Shown in pieces: positions 38,022 through 48,384 of a stretch of DNA of 64,000 nucleotides. The position numbers were made by a program, and so were the translations under genes. The stretch spans positions 4,023-68,022 of the forward strand of contig JBJKQO010000033.1 in the NCBI GenBank assembly GCA_046705145.1, given 5' to 3'. Numbering within the stretch: position 1 is the stretch's first letter; each line of letters starts with the position of its first letter. The stretch comes from Candidatus Woesearchaeota archaeon (GTDB lineage: Archaea > Nanobdellota > Nanobdellia > Woesearchaeales > JBJKQO01). The notes beneath the pieces were generated by a model. It was not told where the DNA came from. It made no database searches and saw only the letters and a program-made list of their open reading frames with translations.

Positions 38022-38665
38022 TTTTCATCTATGTGCTTCTCGATCTCAGAAAGGCTCATTATCTTAGGCTCATACTCTCTCTTGTCCCTCCTGTCGATAA
38101 GAATCCCCTTGATACCAGCTTTTGCTGCACCCTCAATGTCTGATTCCATGGAATCCCCGACCATTATAACATCCTCAGGCTTTGCCTTTATCTTCTTAAG
38201 GGCTATCTTGAAAAGCTCAGGGTCTGTCTTAAGCGATTTTTCCTTATAAGAGAATATCATCTCATCAAAATAATCAGCAAGCTTGTACTTCTCGATCACT
38301 GGCTCTACAGAGAACTGGTCTGTATTGGATATAAGTACCAGCTTATAGTCCTTCTTAAGCTTCTTTAAGGTTGCAACAGTGTCAGGAAAAGGCTTTGCAA
38401 GAAGCATGTTCTTGTTCCACATGCCTACAAGCTTTTCAACGACAAATCCTGGAGGGTTAAGGTCAAATTCCTTTATCACGTTATTAAAAGCATCTGTAAG
38501 GTTGCCGTACTCATCAAGCATGAAAGATTCCTCAAATTTCTTGATGAACTCGCCAAAAGGCATCCTTTGAAGCCTTAGTATGTATTTGACCTGCCTTACT
38601 GGAGAGGGAACAACCCCATTTTCAACTATGGTCCCCCAAAAATCAAAAAATATCGCTTTCACCAT
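38018..38665 (-). CDS. HAD superfamily hydrolase
   Basis: Motif I FFDFWGTIV, plus LISNT and GDSMESDIEGAAKAGI. Confidence 0.65.
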   Translation of the reverse strand: MVKAIFFDFWGTIVENGVVPSPVRQVKYILRLQRMPFGEFIKKFEESFMLDEYGNLTDAFNNVIKEFDLNPPGFVVEKLVGMWNKNMLLAKPFPDTVATLKKLKKDYKLVLISNTDQFSVEPVIEKYKLADYFDEMIFSYKEKSLKTDPELFKIALKKIKAKPEDVIMVGDSMESDIEGAAKAGIKGILIDRRDKREYEPKIMSLSEIEKHIDEK

Positions 38666-38667
38666 TT

Positions 38668-39159
38668 TCAGTTTACCTTCACAAAATCAACTTTTTTGTC
38701 TCTCATATCAAGAAAGGCTACAGTGCCTTCAGTATGATAATAATGCGCGCCAGGATTGATCACCCTGGTACCCCCTACATCGTCATCCCTCTTCTGGTGG
38801 GTATGACCTGTCAATACGTAATCATATTTCCCAGAATTTATTAATCTTTCTAAAATCTCCCTGTCTACCCCATGATAAGCTGCAAATCTTGCGCCCTCAT
38901 GCTCAAATTCACCTATCTCACCTAAAAACTCAGAACCTGCTTCCTCAGCAAACTTCTTTATGAGGCCTATGTCACCGTCACAGTTTCCCTTGACAAACTT
39001 CACCTTGATTCCTGCAAAGAACTTGACTGTCGAAGGCGCCACAATGTCTCCGCAATGGACAACAAGATCCACCTTTCTCTCCTTAAAGAGCTTAACTGCC
39101 CTTATGACATTCTCAACATTGTCATGCGTGTCAGATATTATACCTATCATAAGCATCAC
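38668..39159 (-). CDS. metallophosphoesterase, MJ0936/YfcE family
   Basis: ISDTHDN...VHCGDIV...GHTH motifs. Confidence 0.7.
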   Translation of the reverse strand: MMLMIGIISDTHDNVENVIRAVKLFKERKVDLVVHCGDIVAPSTVKFFAGIKVKFVKGNCDGDIGLIKKFAEEAGSEFLGEIGEFEHEGARFAAYHGVDREILERLINSGKYDYVLTGHTHQKRDDDVGGTRVINPGAHYYHTEGTVAFLDMRDKKVDFVKVN

Positions 39160-39174
39160 CCCTTACAAAAAAAG

Positions 39175-39280
39175 TGGACCCGGCGGGATTTTCACAATCC
39201 AAAGTATTGAACCCGCTGCCTTCCGCGTTCCGGTCTCAAGAAAAGCCAGGCGGACACTCTACCGATGAGCTACGGGCCCA
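39175..39280 (-). tRNA. tRNA-Ala(GGC) with two introns (anticodon loop and T-loop)
   Basis: Acceptor GGGCCCG/CGGGTCC with the G3:U70 Ala identity pair, D-arm GCTC-ATCGGTA-GAGT, anticodon stem TCCGC/GCGGA with loop CTGGC[16-nt intron]AC, and T-arm GCGGG-TTCAA[17-nt intron]AT-CCCGC. The A discriminator is followed by CTTTTTTT. Confidence 0.6.
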
Positions 39281-39316
39281 CTATCTAAAAGCGTGAAACA
39301 GTAGTCATATAAGAAA

Positions 39317-39544
39317 TTATTGCTTTGCAGCAAACTTGATATCAGAAGAATTGACAGTCTTCCTGCCTGAGTGCCTCGCAACCTTGATCGCTTTTGTGCA
39401 TATGCCTTCTGCTACCTCTTCAAGGACTTCAGTAAAAGCATCCATAGCGCCAGCACTTACCCTTTTAGCGCCAGCATTCATGAGAATCCTTGCAACAGGA
39501 GCTTTAGGAATCAGCGTATCTCTCTTAGGCATTTCCACCACCAT
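39317..39544 (-). CDS. archaeal histone (HMf family)
   Basis: IPKAPVARILMNAGAKRVS...LEEVAEGI...AIKVARHSGRKTVNSSDIKFAAK matches the HMfB histone fold. Confidence 0.8.
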   Translation of the reverse strand: MVVEMPKRDTLIPKAPVARILMNAGAKRVSAGAMDAFTEVLEEVAEGICTKAIKVARHSGRKTVNSSDIKFAAKQ

Positions 39545-39662
39545 TCTAAAAACAAAAGAAAGGGGTTTAAAGAACCCCTTTAAAGTCTTTGTGTATGATA
39601 TAAATTTTCGTGTAATACTTATATTTAAATGTTACGATTTTGGTTATCTAACCGACACCTTC

Positions 39663-40129
39663 TTAAACATAAGAAGGTGGGACTCTGTCAGGTCTTGTTG
39701 GGACCCTCCTAACCCAATACTCCCTATACTTATGCACCGGTCTTCCACCATTCCCTGTTTGCACTAATCCTGATTTAAACAACCTATATGCCTTTTTATT
39801 TCCTGTGATAGGGTCATATATAACTAATTCCTGATTTGCTACCATCTCCAAAAATATTCTATGCCCACATCACAAGCACGTTGAGAGCAAGCATTGCTCT
39901 GTGATTGCTCCCCCATATACCCATACCAGTCTATATGAGGGATCTTACGAAATAATCTTTCTGCGATTCTTGATTTAGGTATAGCTGGACCATGTAGGAA
40001 CATCATCCTTTCAAGAGCTGAAGCGCCTAAAATCCATAATATCTGCCTATCCGTAAGACTGCCTATTGCCCGATTTATTTCTTCACGTCTGCTCATAAAT
40101 CCTCCCTTGTTTAGTCCTGCAAGATCCAT
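39663..40129 (-). pseudogene. two overlapping out-of-frame ORFs, possibly a frameshifted gene remnant
   Basis: ORFs 39839-40129 and 39663-39851 overlap by 13 nt in different frames. No recognisable domain. Local composition differs from the flanks. Confidence 0.25.
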
Positions 40130-40170
40130 TAATGATATTTAAGAATTCCTATCCATAGGTTTTGTTATCT

Positions 40171-40911
40171 CTAACCAAACACTCTCTGGTAATTCATGAA
40201 CATGGCTTTCTTTGCCTCTTCAGCTGTTATCCCTTTTATCTTCGCTATCATGTTCAGGGATTCCACGACAAATGCAGGCTCATTTGGCTTTTCCTTGAAT
40301 GGGCTTAGGAAAGGGGAATCTGTCTCGCAAAAGAGCCTTGATAAAGGGATGTCTTTTGCAAGATCCTGAAACTGCTCGCTCCTCACTATGCTTGTCGGAA
40401 TAGTGAAATAGCAGCCGAGCTCATAAGCTCTTGCTGCCTGCTTCTTCTTCCCTGAAAAGCAATGCATGACCTTTTTTATGCCAGGATAGCTTTCAATGAC
40501 ATCGATAACCTCAGCTTCTGCTTTTCTCGTATGAAGGATCACCGGCTTTTTCAGCCTGCAGGCAAGCTCAAGCATGCTATGAAATGTCTTATACTGGTTG
40601 TCCTTGCTTTCAACATTCTTAAAATCAAGGCCTATCTCCCCTACTGCAACAATCTTATCCTTGTTCTTCTCGATAAAACCTATCTCCTTCTCTACATTAG
40701 CCTTTCTTCCAGTATCAAGGTGAACGTCAGGATAAACCCCAAGAGAAGCCTCTACCATAGCATAGGTTTCAGAAAGCTCAATGACCTTCCTGTTAGACGC
40801 TTCATCAATCCCTGAAGCGACTATCTTAGTAACTCCTGCCTGCTCTGCACGTTTTATAGCTCCATCTATATCCTTTAGTATGTCAAGGTGGCAGTGAAGG
40901 TCTATTATCAT
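40171..40911 (-). CDS. tatD: TatD family metal-dependent DNase/hydrolase
   Basis: MIIDLHCHLD...VGEIGLD...ILHTR...HCFSG motifs. Start trimmed to 40911; the ORF-track N-terminal 108 aa looks spurious. Confidence 0.7.
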   Translation of the reverse strand: MIIDLHCHLDILKDIDGAIKRAEQAGVTKIVASGIDEASNRKVIELSETYAMVEASLGVYPDVHLDTGRKANVEKEIGFIEKNKDKIVAVGEIGLDFKNVESKDNQYKTFHSMLELACRLKKPVILHTRKAEAEVIDVIESYPGIKKVMHCFSGKKKQAARAYELGCYFTIPTSIVRSEQFQDLAKDIPLSRLFCETDSPFLSPFKEKPNEPAFVVESLNMIAKIKGITAEEAKKAMFMNYQRVFG

Positions 40912-40966
40912 TTTCCATATGGAAAAACCAAAATTAATATAAATCTTTAGTGTTAGAGCCGTAGTA

Positions 40967-42076
40967 ATGCTAAAACCAATACATCTTTCGGCAAGCACAA
41001 GGATGTTTAGAAGGGCCCGCATCGTAAAGAAAAAAGGCCTAAACAGGTACCCTGGAAGCCCTGAGCAGATATTAAGGCTAATCGTAACGGACTGCTGGAA
41101 CGGTAAGTATTTCATGACAAGTGCAGGCCATTTCTGCGAGTTCTGGATGAGGGATTTTGCATGGTGTATCGAGCCACTGATAAGGATGGGATACAAGAAG
41201 GAATGCGACCAGACCATAAGGTACGCGCTTAACATATACTCAAAGAAAAAGGCTATAACAACAACTATATCCCCAAGAGGGATCCCTTCTGACTTCCCAT
41301 ACTACTCTCCGGATTCCCTGGCATACATGATAAGATGCTTAAGGATACTTAATGATAAGTCTCTTGTGACACACTATAAGGATTTCCTGAACAAAGAGAT
41401 AAAAAAGTTTTCTGACATTGTCATGGATAAGGATAAGGGCATAGTGAAGGAAGGGTTAAAGCTGTCCTCAATAAAAGACTATGCCCTAAGGAGCAGCAGC
41501 TGCTACAATAACACCATGGCTGCCATGCTTGCAAAAGAGATCGAGTACTATCCCGAACTGGAAAACCCCTTATCAAGCTACGACATCAAGAAAAACATAA
41601 AAAAACACTTCTGGAAGGAAGATCACTTCGTGGATGATCTTTCAGGACTTGGCCTGATAAGCGGGGATGCAAACATTTTCCCTTTCTGGACAGGAGTGTT
41701 CAAAGAAAAAGCTATGATAAAGCAATCCTTAAGCAGGATACAAAAGGAAGGCCTTGACAAGCCATTCCCTCTTAAGTACAACAATAAGAGGTCAAAAGAT
41801 GACAAGATGTTTTGGATGGAAATATTTGTCAAAGGATACGAACGCGATTCTATATGGGCGCACACAGGCATGATATACCTCCAGCTGCTTAAAGACGCAG
41901 ACAACAAGAAAGCTGTTCTACAGATCGAGGAATACAAGAAGAAGGTGGCAGAACACGGCACTTTTCTTGAGGTCTACACAAGCGACGGAAGGCCTTTTGA
42001 GACATTCTTCTATTACTCTGACGAAGCAATGCTCTGGTCAGCTATGCTTCTTGACATGATCAGGGAGACCAAGTGA
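40967..42076 (+). CDS. six-hairpin glycosidase-like protein (tentative)
   Basis: FWMRDFAW and an overall (alpha/alpha)6-like pattern. Low-confidence call. Confidence 0.3.
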   Translation: MLKPIHLSASTRMFRRARIVKKKGLNRYPGSPEQILRLIVTDCWNGKYFMTSAGHFCEFWMRDFAWCIEPLIRMGYKKECDQTIRYALNIYSKKKAITTTISPRGIPSDFPYYSPDSLAYMIRCLRILNDKSLVTHYKDFLNKEIKKFSDIVMDKDKGIVKEGLKLSSIKDYALRSSSCYNNTMAAMLAKEIEYYPELENPLSSYDIKKNIKKHFWKEDHFVDDLSGLGLISGDANIFPFWTGVFKEKAMIKQSLSRIQKEGLDKPFPLKYNNKRSKDDKMFWMEIFVKGYERDSIWAHTGMIYLQLLKDADNKKAVLQIEEYKKKVAEHGTFLEVYTSDGRPFETFFYYSDEAMLWSAMLLDMIRETK

Positions 42077-43087
42077 TCACTCAAATATTCCTGCTATCTT
42101 CTCGCCACAAGACTTACACTTTCCTTTCCTGATGTTGTTTTCAGAGACAAAGAAACCCTCTCTTGATATCAGCTCCTTGCCGCATCTAGGGCACAGTGTA
42201 GATCTCTTAAGATCAGTTGGAACATTTCCAGGATAGACATATCTTAATCCTGCTTCTTTTCCTAGCTTTTGCGCAAGCCTGATCTTTTCAATAGGGGTGG
42301 GGGGGACATCGCCATATTTGTAGTGCGGATAGAACCTTGATATGTGCCAGGGGATATTTTTGTCATTTCCTGCTATAAACTCAGCGATCTTCCTAAGCTC
42401 ATCTTCTGAATCGTTCTTTTCAGGTATGATAAGGGTAGTTATCTCAACCCATATGCCCATGTCATGCATCCTTTTGATATTCTCAAGGACCGGCTTAAGC
42501 CTTCCGCCTATCACTTTTTTGTAGAACCCATCATCAAACGATTTAAGATCGACATTTGCAGCATCAACAAGGCCTTCTGCAAGACCTAAAGCCTGTTCTG
42601 ACATGAAACCGTTTGTCACTATCACATTTCTTATGCCCTCTTTTTTTGCTATCCTAGCAATATCAAGCATATACTCCCAAAAGACTGTAGGCTCAGTATA
42701 AGTGTAAGATATGCTTTCACAGCCATTTTCAACTGCCTCTTTCACTGCTGCCTCGGGAGGTATATTATCCCCCCTTATGATTCTCCCTGAAGCCTGAGAG
42801 ATATCGCTGTTCTGGCAGAATTCACATGAAAAATTGCATCCTACTGTAGCGATTGAATAAGACCTTGATCCAGGAAGGAAATGATAGAGGGGTTTCTTCT
42901 CGATAGGGTCTATTGCTCTTGAGACTGGCTTGCCATAAACGAGGCTGTAGAGCCTTCCCCCTTTGTTTTCCCTGACTGAACACCTGCCTATTTTCCCTTC
43001 TGGGATAAGACAAAAATGGCTGCAAAGCTCGCATTGTACAGAACTATCATTCAATTTCTTATATAGTATTGCTTCTTTCATAAGCAT
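42077..43087 (-). CDS. AmmeMemoRadiSam system radical SAM enzyme
   Basis: CELCSHFCLIPEGKIGRCSVREN...YG...DPIEKKPLYHF...GCNFSCEFCQN fits the PflA-like family. Confidence 0.7.
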   Translation of the reverse strand: MLMKEAILYKKLNDSSVQCELCSHFCLIPEGKIGRCSVRENKGGRLYSLVYGKPVSRAIDPIEKKPLYHFLPGSRSYSIATVGCNFSCEFCQNSDISQASGRIIRGDNIPPEAAVKEAVENGCESISYTYTEPTVFWEYMLDIARIAKKEGIRNVIVTNGFMSEQALGLAEGLVDAANVDLKSFDDGFYKKVIGGRLKPVLENIKRMHDMGIWVEITTLIIPEKNDSEDELRKIAEFIAGNDKNIPWHISRFYPHYKYGDVPPTPIEKIRLAQKLGKEAGLRYVYPGNVPTDLKRSTLCPRCGKELISREGFFVSENNIRKGKCKSCGEKIAGIFE

Positions 43088-43090
43088 GGA

Positions 43091-43339
43091 TCAGAGTATA
43101 TGCCTCATCGTGCCCTTATCAAGGATGTGTATTACCTTCATGCCGCAGGCATTTGCTGCTTTCTTATGTGATTCAAGGTCTGAATCACTTATGTCAACCT
43201 TAAATATGCTGCCTGACTTCTGCGAGCCTTTAAGGATAGCCTTACCTCCAGGTTCCATCTCCCAGAGTGTTGGGGCTGCTTCAGCGCATTTCTTGCAGCA
43301 GATGCAAAGCGTAGGATCATACTCGATAGTATAAGTCAT
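43091..43339 (-). CDS. small Cys-containing ferredoxin-like protein
   Basis: DPTLCICCKKCAEAAP...ANACG. Confidence 0.35.
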   Translation of the reverse strand: MTYTIEYDPTLCICCKKCAEAAPTLWEMEPGGKAILKGSQKSGSIFKVDISDSDLESHKKAANACGMKVIHILDKGTMRHIL

Positions 43340-43390
43340 AGCAGAAAGAGTTCTTAATATTAATATTTAAAATATTCGGTTTTAATAAGG

Positions 43391-43529
43391 CGCCGGGGCT
43401 GGGACTTTCATAAGCCAGCTTTTTGCTGCGCTCCTTTTGAACCCAGATATCCTTTCGGAAACGAGATATCTACACTTTCATAAAGAAAGTGTTCCAGTCT
43501 CGCGCGGTACCGAGTTGCGCCACCCCGGC
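43391..43529 (-). tRNA. tRNA-Ser(GGA), type II, with two introns (37/38 and T-loop 59/60)
   Basis: Acceptor GCCGGGG/CCCCGGC plus G, D-arm GCG-loop11-CGC, anticodon stem CGAGA/TCTCG with loop CTGGAA[24-nt intron]A, long variable arm TTTCCGAAAGGATAT, and T-arm CTGGG-TTCAAA[31-nt intron]T-CCCAG. Confidence 0.55.
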
Positions 43530-43651
43530 AGATAAAATCAAAGAAACTTGTGGAGTATTTAAAAGTTTTTGGGTTATGCAAAAATTTGTTTCAAAAGGTT
43601 TAAATATGAAACAATAATCAGCATAACCTAAAAGGTGATTAGGGGAAATAA

Positions 43652-46117
43652 ATGTTAGCGACTTTAAGGGCAGCAAGTATTAATTCTTTAGGTAGAAGGT
43701 CTGATGACCATCTCAGCCTTATTTTCAGCCTTACAAGAGGGCAGGAATCTGGAGGATCACTTGCTTCAGGAACACCAGGGATGAGGCGGCCGCAAGAGCA
43801 GACAATGCCTAAATTTGAAGAACCTTTAGATAACAAGGGTGTTTCGCACACAGTTGATGCAACTGAGATATCAGACCTTGTGATCCCTGAATTTTCAGGT
43901 ATTGCGGCAAAGGCCTATGACCTTAGCACAACAGCTATAAGCAAAAGCAAGACAAATGCTGTATCCTCAGACTACACATCAAATATCGTAAGGCAAGCTG
44001 TTTCTGACACTTTTGCCCCCTATGCCGGATTTGTTTCACTCGCTAGGCAGATGAACCTAGTTTTAGCATACACAAGCCTGCATGGTTACTCAGCTGTATT
44101 AGCAAACCCTTTAGAACTTAGCTATTCATCAAGCACAGCATATGCTCAAGCCTATGTGTATAATAAAATCTCCTATGAAACCGGATATCATACTCAATAT
44201 GAAGCAAGAACTGATATTCTTGCGCTTGCAATGGCAGAATATAGGCCTTATGTTATGGTTACAGGGCTAAATGAAGGGCTAGTTTCTGAAATGGCTTTTG
44301 AAAGCACATTCCAAAATGCATACGCAAGACCAATAGCCCAGAATTTTGAAGAGCTGGTTTCTGAGACAATTGATATAATAAGAGAAGGATTTCAGCCTGA
44401 ACAAGAGTACATCCCAGAATATGCCAGATCATATGCTGCTGAACTGGAACTGATGGTCGATGCTTTCGCAAGGCCAGAAGCCTTGGTCAGGGCAAGAGAA
44501 GCAGAACTCCTTTTGACTATCGAGTATGCTATGGGCAGGGTATTTGACAAAGCAATTGAGACTTTCACCCATGATGAATACACTCTTATCGAATCACTTG
44601 CGTACGAAAGCACAAAAGAGAACATCCAGGTTAATATTTTCCCAATAACTGAATTAAGTATTTTGGATAGGGTCATTCTTACGAACTTAGCTGCAACTGA
44701 TGATTACAGCCAGAATGATACTGAAACTGAATTAAGCCCTGATGTTCAGGAATTATCAAAAATATCATCTGATGCTGGTACTGCTTCAATAAACCTTACA
44801 TATTCAAATCCCTTATCTGAAGCAGCTGTAAAATTTAGGCACGCTGACTTTAAGCACAATGTTAGGAACGTCCCTATTAAGCTTGCTGAAAGGAAATACG
44901 ATAAACCACCAGAAAGGCTTGATGTGCCTTACTTCAAAAGAGAAGACTGCGACTGCGGCGTAAACGCCATATTGTTAAGCATGACTCAGATCAAAGAAAG
45001 GGAAGACTGCGACTGTGGAGTTACCCCTCAGCTAATAAGCTATTCCAAACTAAGGAATAAAGAAAATACTATTCCACTGTTCAACCGTAACCAACGAGAG
45101 GACTGCGACTGCGGCGTAACTGCACATTTTGAAAGGGGGCTTTTGCAGATCGATTATTCTGTCAACAAGCAGATGAAACATGCTATCAAGGCAAAGGATA
45201 AAAATGGGAATATCATAGATATAACTGGGCGAGCTAAAGGCACAGTTCTTGAAGAGATCGAACGGGTTCTTAGCGGGATGGGGTTAAGACCTGATTATCA
45301 TGAGTCCCAAGATGGAAATGGATTTTATATCAAAAGGATAAAGGGAGTCAATAACGTCGGTTACAGGGTCATCATCAGAAACAAGAATACCGGCGAACTC
45401 AGATATATCAAGCAGGGCATAGATTCTGAAAGATTCAATAAGGGACTTGAAGAAGTTATGATAGAATATGTTGGAAAGGGGGATATCAGGAAAGTTGACG
45501 ATTCTGTTTTAGACGGAAAGTATTTCAGGAAAGTAAGAGGGTGGCAGGGGAGCTATGCCCATGGCATCCGAGAGTTCGGATCATTTAAGGTGACGGCGGA
45601 GCAGGCTGCCGATAGTTCAGTGTATATCCTAGATATCCAGACAAAAGAAGGTGTAAAGAAACATTCTTTTATTGGAAACACCGCCGAAGCTTTAGTGCAC
45701 AAATACCTCGTAGAAAACGGATTTACTCCTGAATATAAAATACACCTAATTGAAGGCAAGCTTAAGCTCGAACTAAAAGACATCAAGGATGCAGCAGGAA
45801 ACAGCATAGCAAGAGATCATGATGATGCAGGATACATAATAGGCAAGATTGACGCATCAGGCCAAAGGTCTGAATTGCTTGATAATAATGGTATTAAGTC
45901 TTTAAGCGCCTGTGAATACCAAACAAAACAAGGGGATATCATATCATTGACTAGGATACTCCAGGGATTATTTGATATGGTGGATGTCAATGAAACATGT
46001 TACAAGCAAAGATATGGGGCTCCTATTCAGCAAAATAAGACTAATATTGTCAGGATGCCTTCCAGGACACAATCAAAACCTGTAGAAACAAGATATGATA
46101 TGGCTGTCGGATATTAA
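43652..46117 (+). CDS. large hypothetical protein with three REDCDCGV repeats
   Basis: 821 aa. KREDCDCGVNA, REDCDCGVTPQ and REDCDCGVTAH recur at intervals of about 22-35 aa. The N-terminal half is alpha-helical and Ala/Tyr/Glu-rich. Start uncertain. Confidence 0.5.
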   Translation: MLATLRAASINSLGRRSDDHLSLIFSLTRGQESGGSLASGTPGMRRPQEQTMPKFEEPLDNKGVSHTVDATEISDLVIPEFSGIAAKAYDLSTTAISKSKTNAVSSDYTSNIVRQAVSDTFAPYAGFVSLARQMNLVLAYTSLHGYSAVLANPLELSYSSSTAYAQAYVYNKISYETGYHTQYEARTDILALAMAEYRPYVMVTGLNEGLVSEMAFESTFQNAYARPIAQNFEELVSETIDIIREGFQPEQEYIPEYARSYAAELELMVDAFARPEALVRAREAELLLTIEYAMGRVFDKAIETFTHDEYTLIESLAYESTKENIQVNIFPITELSILDRVILTNLAATDDYSQNDTETELSPDVQELSKISSDAGTASINLTYSNPLSEAAVKFRHADFKHNVRNVPIKLAERKYDKPPERLDVPYFKREDCDCGVNAILLSMTQIKEREDCDCGVTPQLISYSKLRNKENTIPLFNRNQREDCDCGVTAHFERGLLQIDYSVNKQMKHAIKAKDKNGNIIDITGRAKGTVLEEIERVLSGMGLRPDYHESQDGNGFYIKRIKGVNNVGYRVIIRNKNTGELRYIKQGIDSERFNKGLEEVMIEYVGKGDIRKVDDSVLDGKYFRKVRGWQGSYAHGIREFGSFKVTAEQAADSSVYILDIQTKEGVKKHSFIGNTAEALVHKYLVENGFTPEYKIHLIEGKLKLELKDIKDAAGNSIARDHDDAGYIIGKIDASGQRSELLDNNGIKSLSACEYQTKQGDIISLTRILQGLFDMVDVNETCYKQRYGAPIQQNKTNIVRMPSRTQSKPVETRYDMAVGY

Positions 46118-46140
46118 AAGTAAAAAAAGTAAAAAAAAAC

Positions 46141-47046
46141 TTATTCTTCCTTCTTCTGGATGTCTACGACTTCTAAGTCAAACACTAGGGTCTTTCCTGC
46201 CATAGGATGATTAGTGTCTATGTAGAAGTTCTCATCATCGACAGAAGTCACCTTGACCACTTTTCCGTTTATGTTTACAGAGTCTCCAGGCCTTACTAAG
46301 AGTGTCAGCTTAACATCGTCTCCCTCTATACTCACATTAGAAGGCCCCATGTCAGTGCTTATGACTCCTCCAACAATCGGCATGTATCTTATCGTGAAAT
46401 GGGTGTCGTTTATGGCAGTTACCTCAGAAGGCCATGGCATCCCTGGCATTACAAATGTATCCCCTAGTTCAACTCTTGCTTTTACGACCACCCTTCCAGA
46501 TTCTACTTTCTCAACATCGTAAGACCATGGTGCTATCCCGCTTTTGACGATGCTCCCCTGTTTAGGCGTGGTATTAAACCCCTGCTCGAATGTAGCCTCA
46601 TCAAGATCTACTACAAAAGGTATGTACTTGTCCATCTTCGCGTATCTCACAAGAGGGAAGCTTCCTACCTTGTTCAGATCATATTCACCATAAGCTTCCT
46701 CAGGCGGTATCTCAACAGTCTTTTTCTGGCCTTTTTTCATGCCTAAGACCGCATCTGAAACCCCTTTGATTATGCCTGTGGACCCTGCAGTGAACTCAAG
46801 AGGTTCTGTCTTGAAGTTATGAAGCCCTGCATTTTGCCCGACATCAAGGTAATTGGTATCAAAGATTGTCCCGTTCTGGTACTTTCCGACATATTTTATG
46901 CTTACCTTATCCCCTTCTTCCACCTTTACGAAAGCAGAAGTGTTTGCCTTGACTATAAAAAAAGCGATGGCAATTATTATGACAACTGCTAAGAGTATGC
47001 CCAAGCCCACAAAAAGGCTTTTTTGCTTATTGTTTTCCTTGATCAT
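46141..47046 (-). CDS. membrane-anchored FKBP-type peptidyl-prolyl isomerase
   Basis: N-terminal TM helix, an FKBP domain (GDKVSIKYVGKYQNGTIFD...) and a SlyD-like C-terminal module (HPMAGKTLVFDLEVVDI). Confidence 0.7.
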   Translation of the reverse strand: MIKENNKQKSLFVGLGILLAVVIIIAIAFFIVKANTSAFVKVEEGDKVSIKYVGKYQNGTIFDTNYLDVGQNAGLHNFKTEPLEFTAGSTGIIKGVSDAVLGMKKGQKKTVEIPPEEAYGEYDLNKVGSFPLVRYAKMDKYIPFVVDLDEATFEQGFNTTPKQGSIVKSGIAPWSYDVEKVESGRVVVKARVELGDTFVMPGMPWPSEVTAINDTHFTIRYMPIVGGVISTDMGPSNVSIEGDDVKLTLLVRPGDSVNINGKVVKVTSVDDENFYIDTNHPMAGKTLVFDLEVVDIQKKEE

Positions 47047-47080
47047 ATTTACACCCCTTATTTTTTTATGAAGAACAAGC

Positions 47081-47353
47081 CTAAAGACCGAAGGTCTCCT
47101 GGAATTGCTTCATCTTCCGAAACTCACTGATAAAATTAAGCCCTTTCTCCTTTATTATCAGGTACTTGCTGTGCTTGCCTTCAACTTCAGCGACAAGCTC
47201 ATTTTTCATCAGGTCTTCAAGATATGTGTTCATAAGCTTATGAGAGAGATTGGCCTTGTACATCAGGTGGGTCGGCTTGATCTTCCCTCCTTTTTCCTGA
47301 ATGGAAGTAAGCATGTCCATTACTATCTCCATCCTCCCGCGTCTCTGGCTCAT
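47081..47353 (-). CDS. winged-helix DNA-binding protein
   Basis: 90 aa with a wHTH-like pattern. Overlaps the upstream membrane-protein gene by 4 nt. Confidence 0.45.
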   Translation of the reverse strand: MSQRRGRMEIVMDMLTSIQEKGGKIKPTHLMYKANLSHKLMNTYLEDLMKNELVAEVEGKHSKYLIIKEKGLNFISEFRKMKQFQETFGL

Positions 47354-48066
47354 GTTTTTGCCACCATCTTATAATAGACCACAGCAAGCGTGCTAAAACC
47401 TACAAGCTGGACTATCTCTGAGACCACATAAAGCATCTCAGGGTCGAAAACAGTGAAAATGAAAAGCACTTGGCTTAGGGTAAGGGCTGCAAATGAGAAC
47501 GCTACAAAAAGCGTGTTTGCATTCTTAAGCTTGGTGTAATTGTTTATCGAATGCCATGTGATAAGCAAGAGGAAAAGCGCTGAAGTCATGTAAAACAGGA
47601 AGTACATCTGGAAGGCAAGGAAGTACTGTGCTGTAGAAGCTGCCGCTATAAGCCCGCAAAAGTATGCGAAAAAGATTATCTTGTCCTTGTCTTTCGATTG
47701 GCTGACTATGTAGTATATGCCTGCAAGGCCCATCAGCATGACAAACCTGTAAAGGATAAGCCCTATAAGAGAGAATATGGGGTAAGGATAAAACGTCCTT
47801 ATCGCGTGCGATACAGTCCCCATGTCTACCTTCTCAAACACATGATAATACAGGTTTATGTTCATGGCTATCCTGATAAGGAAAGAGAATGACAGTGCTG
47901 CAAATGATATCCCGAAATACTTGTATTTTGCCTGTTTTGAGAACTTGTAGACCCTAAAGCTCAGGAAAGCCAAAAGAAGGGTCACTATAACTGAAACTGT
48001 CTCAAATCCGATCTCCAAACTAGAGAACCACCCCGGGCTAAAAGCTAGCTTAAGCATAATTGTCAA
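47350..48066 (-). CDS. polytopic membrane protein
   Basis: About 7 hydrophobic helices. Confidence 0.5.
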   Translation of the reverse strand: MTIMLKLAFSPGWFSSLEIGFETVSVIVTLLLAFLSFRVYKFSKQAKYKYFGISFAALSFSFLIRIAMNINLYYHVFEKVDMGTVSHAIRTFYPYPIFSLIGLILYRFVMLMGLAGIYYIVSQSKDKDKIIFFAYFCGLIAAASTAQYFLAFQMYFLFYMTSALFLLLITWHSINNYTKLKNANTLFVAFSFAALTLSQVLFIFTVFDPEMLYVVSEIVQLVGFSTLAVVYYKMVAKT

Positions 48067-48384
48067 CTACTGTTTTGTCCTTTATAAGCTTTGTGGAAAA
48101 TTAATCAGATTCGGCTTCTTTAACCTCTGTTCATAATGTATTTATAAAGGTTTTATCATAATAATGTGTATCAAGATCAAACACCTCAAACCTAACCTTG
48201 CTTTCCCGGAGCCTTCCGGGAGGCAATTATAATCAATCAAACACCTCAAACCCAAAAAAATGCATACTTGGCCTTCACCAAGCCAAGATGCAGTTTTTTA
48301 TTATACTCACCAAAACACCTCTTTGAACACACACCTTGCGTTTTTCCGCAATCCTTTAGGGGTTGCGGAAGGTTTTTCTTATCC

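Noticed and set aside
40912-41235. 108-aa N-terminal extension of the TatD ORF
   Set aside because: Hydrophobic, low-complexity translation. The canonical TatD N-terminus MIIDLHCH begins at 40911.
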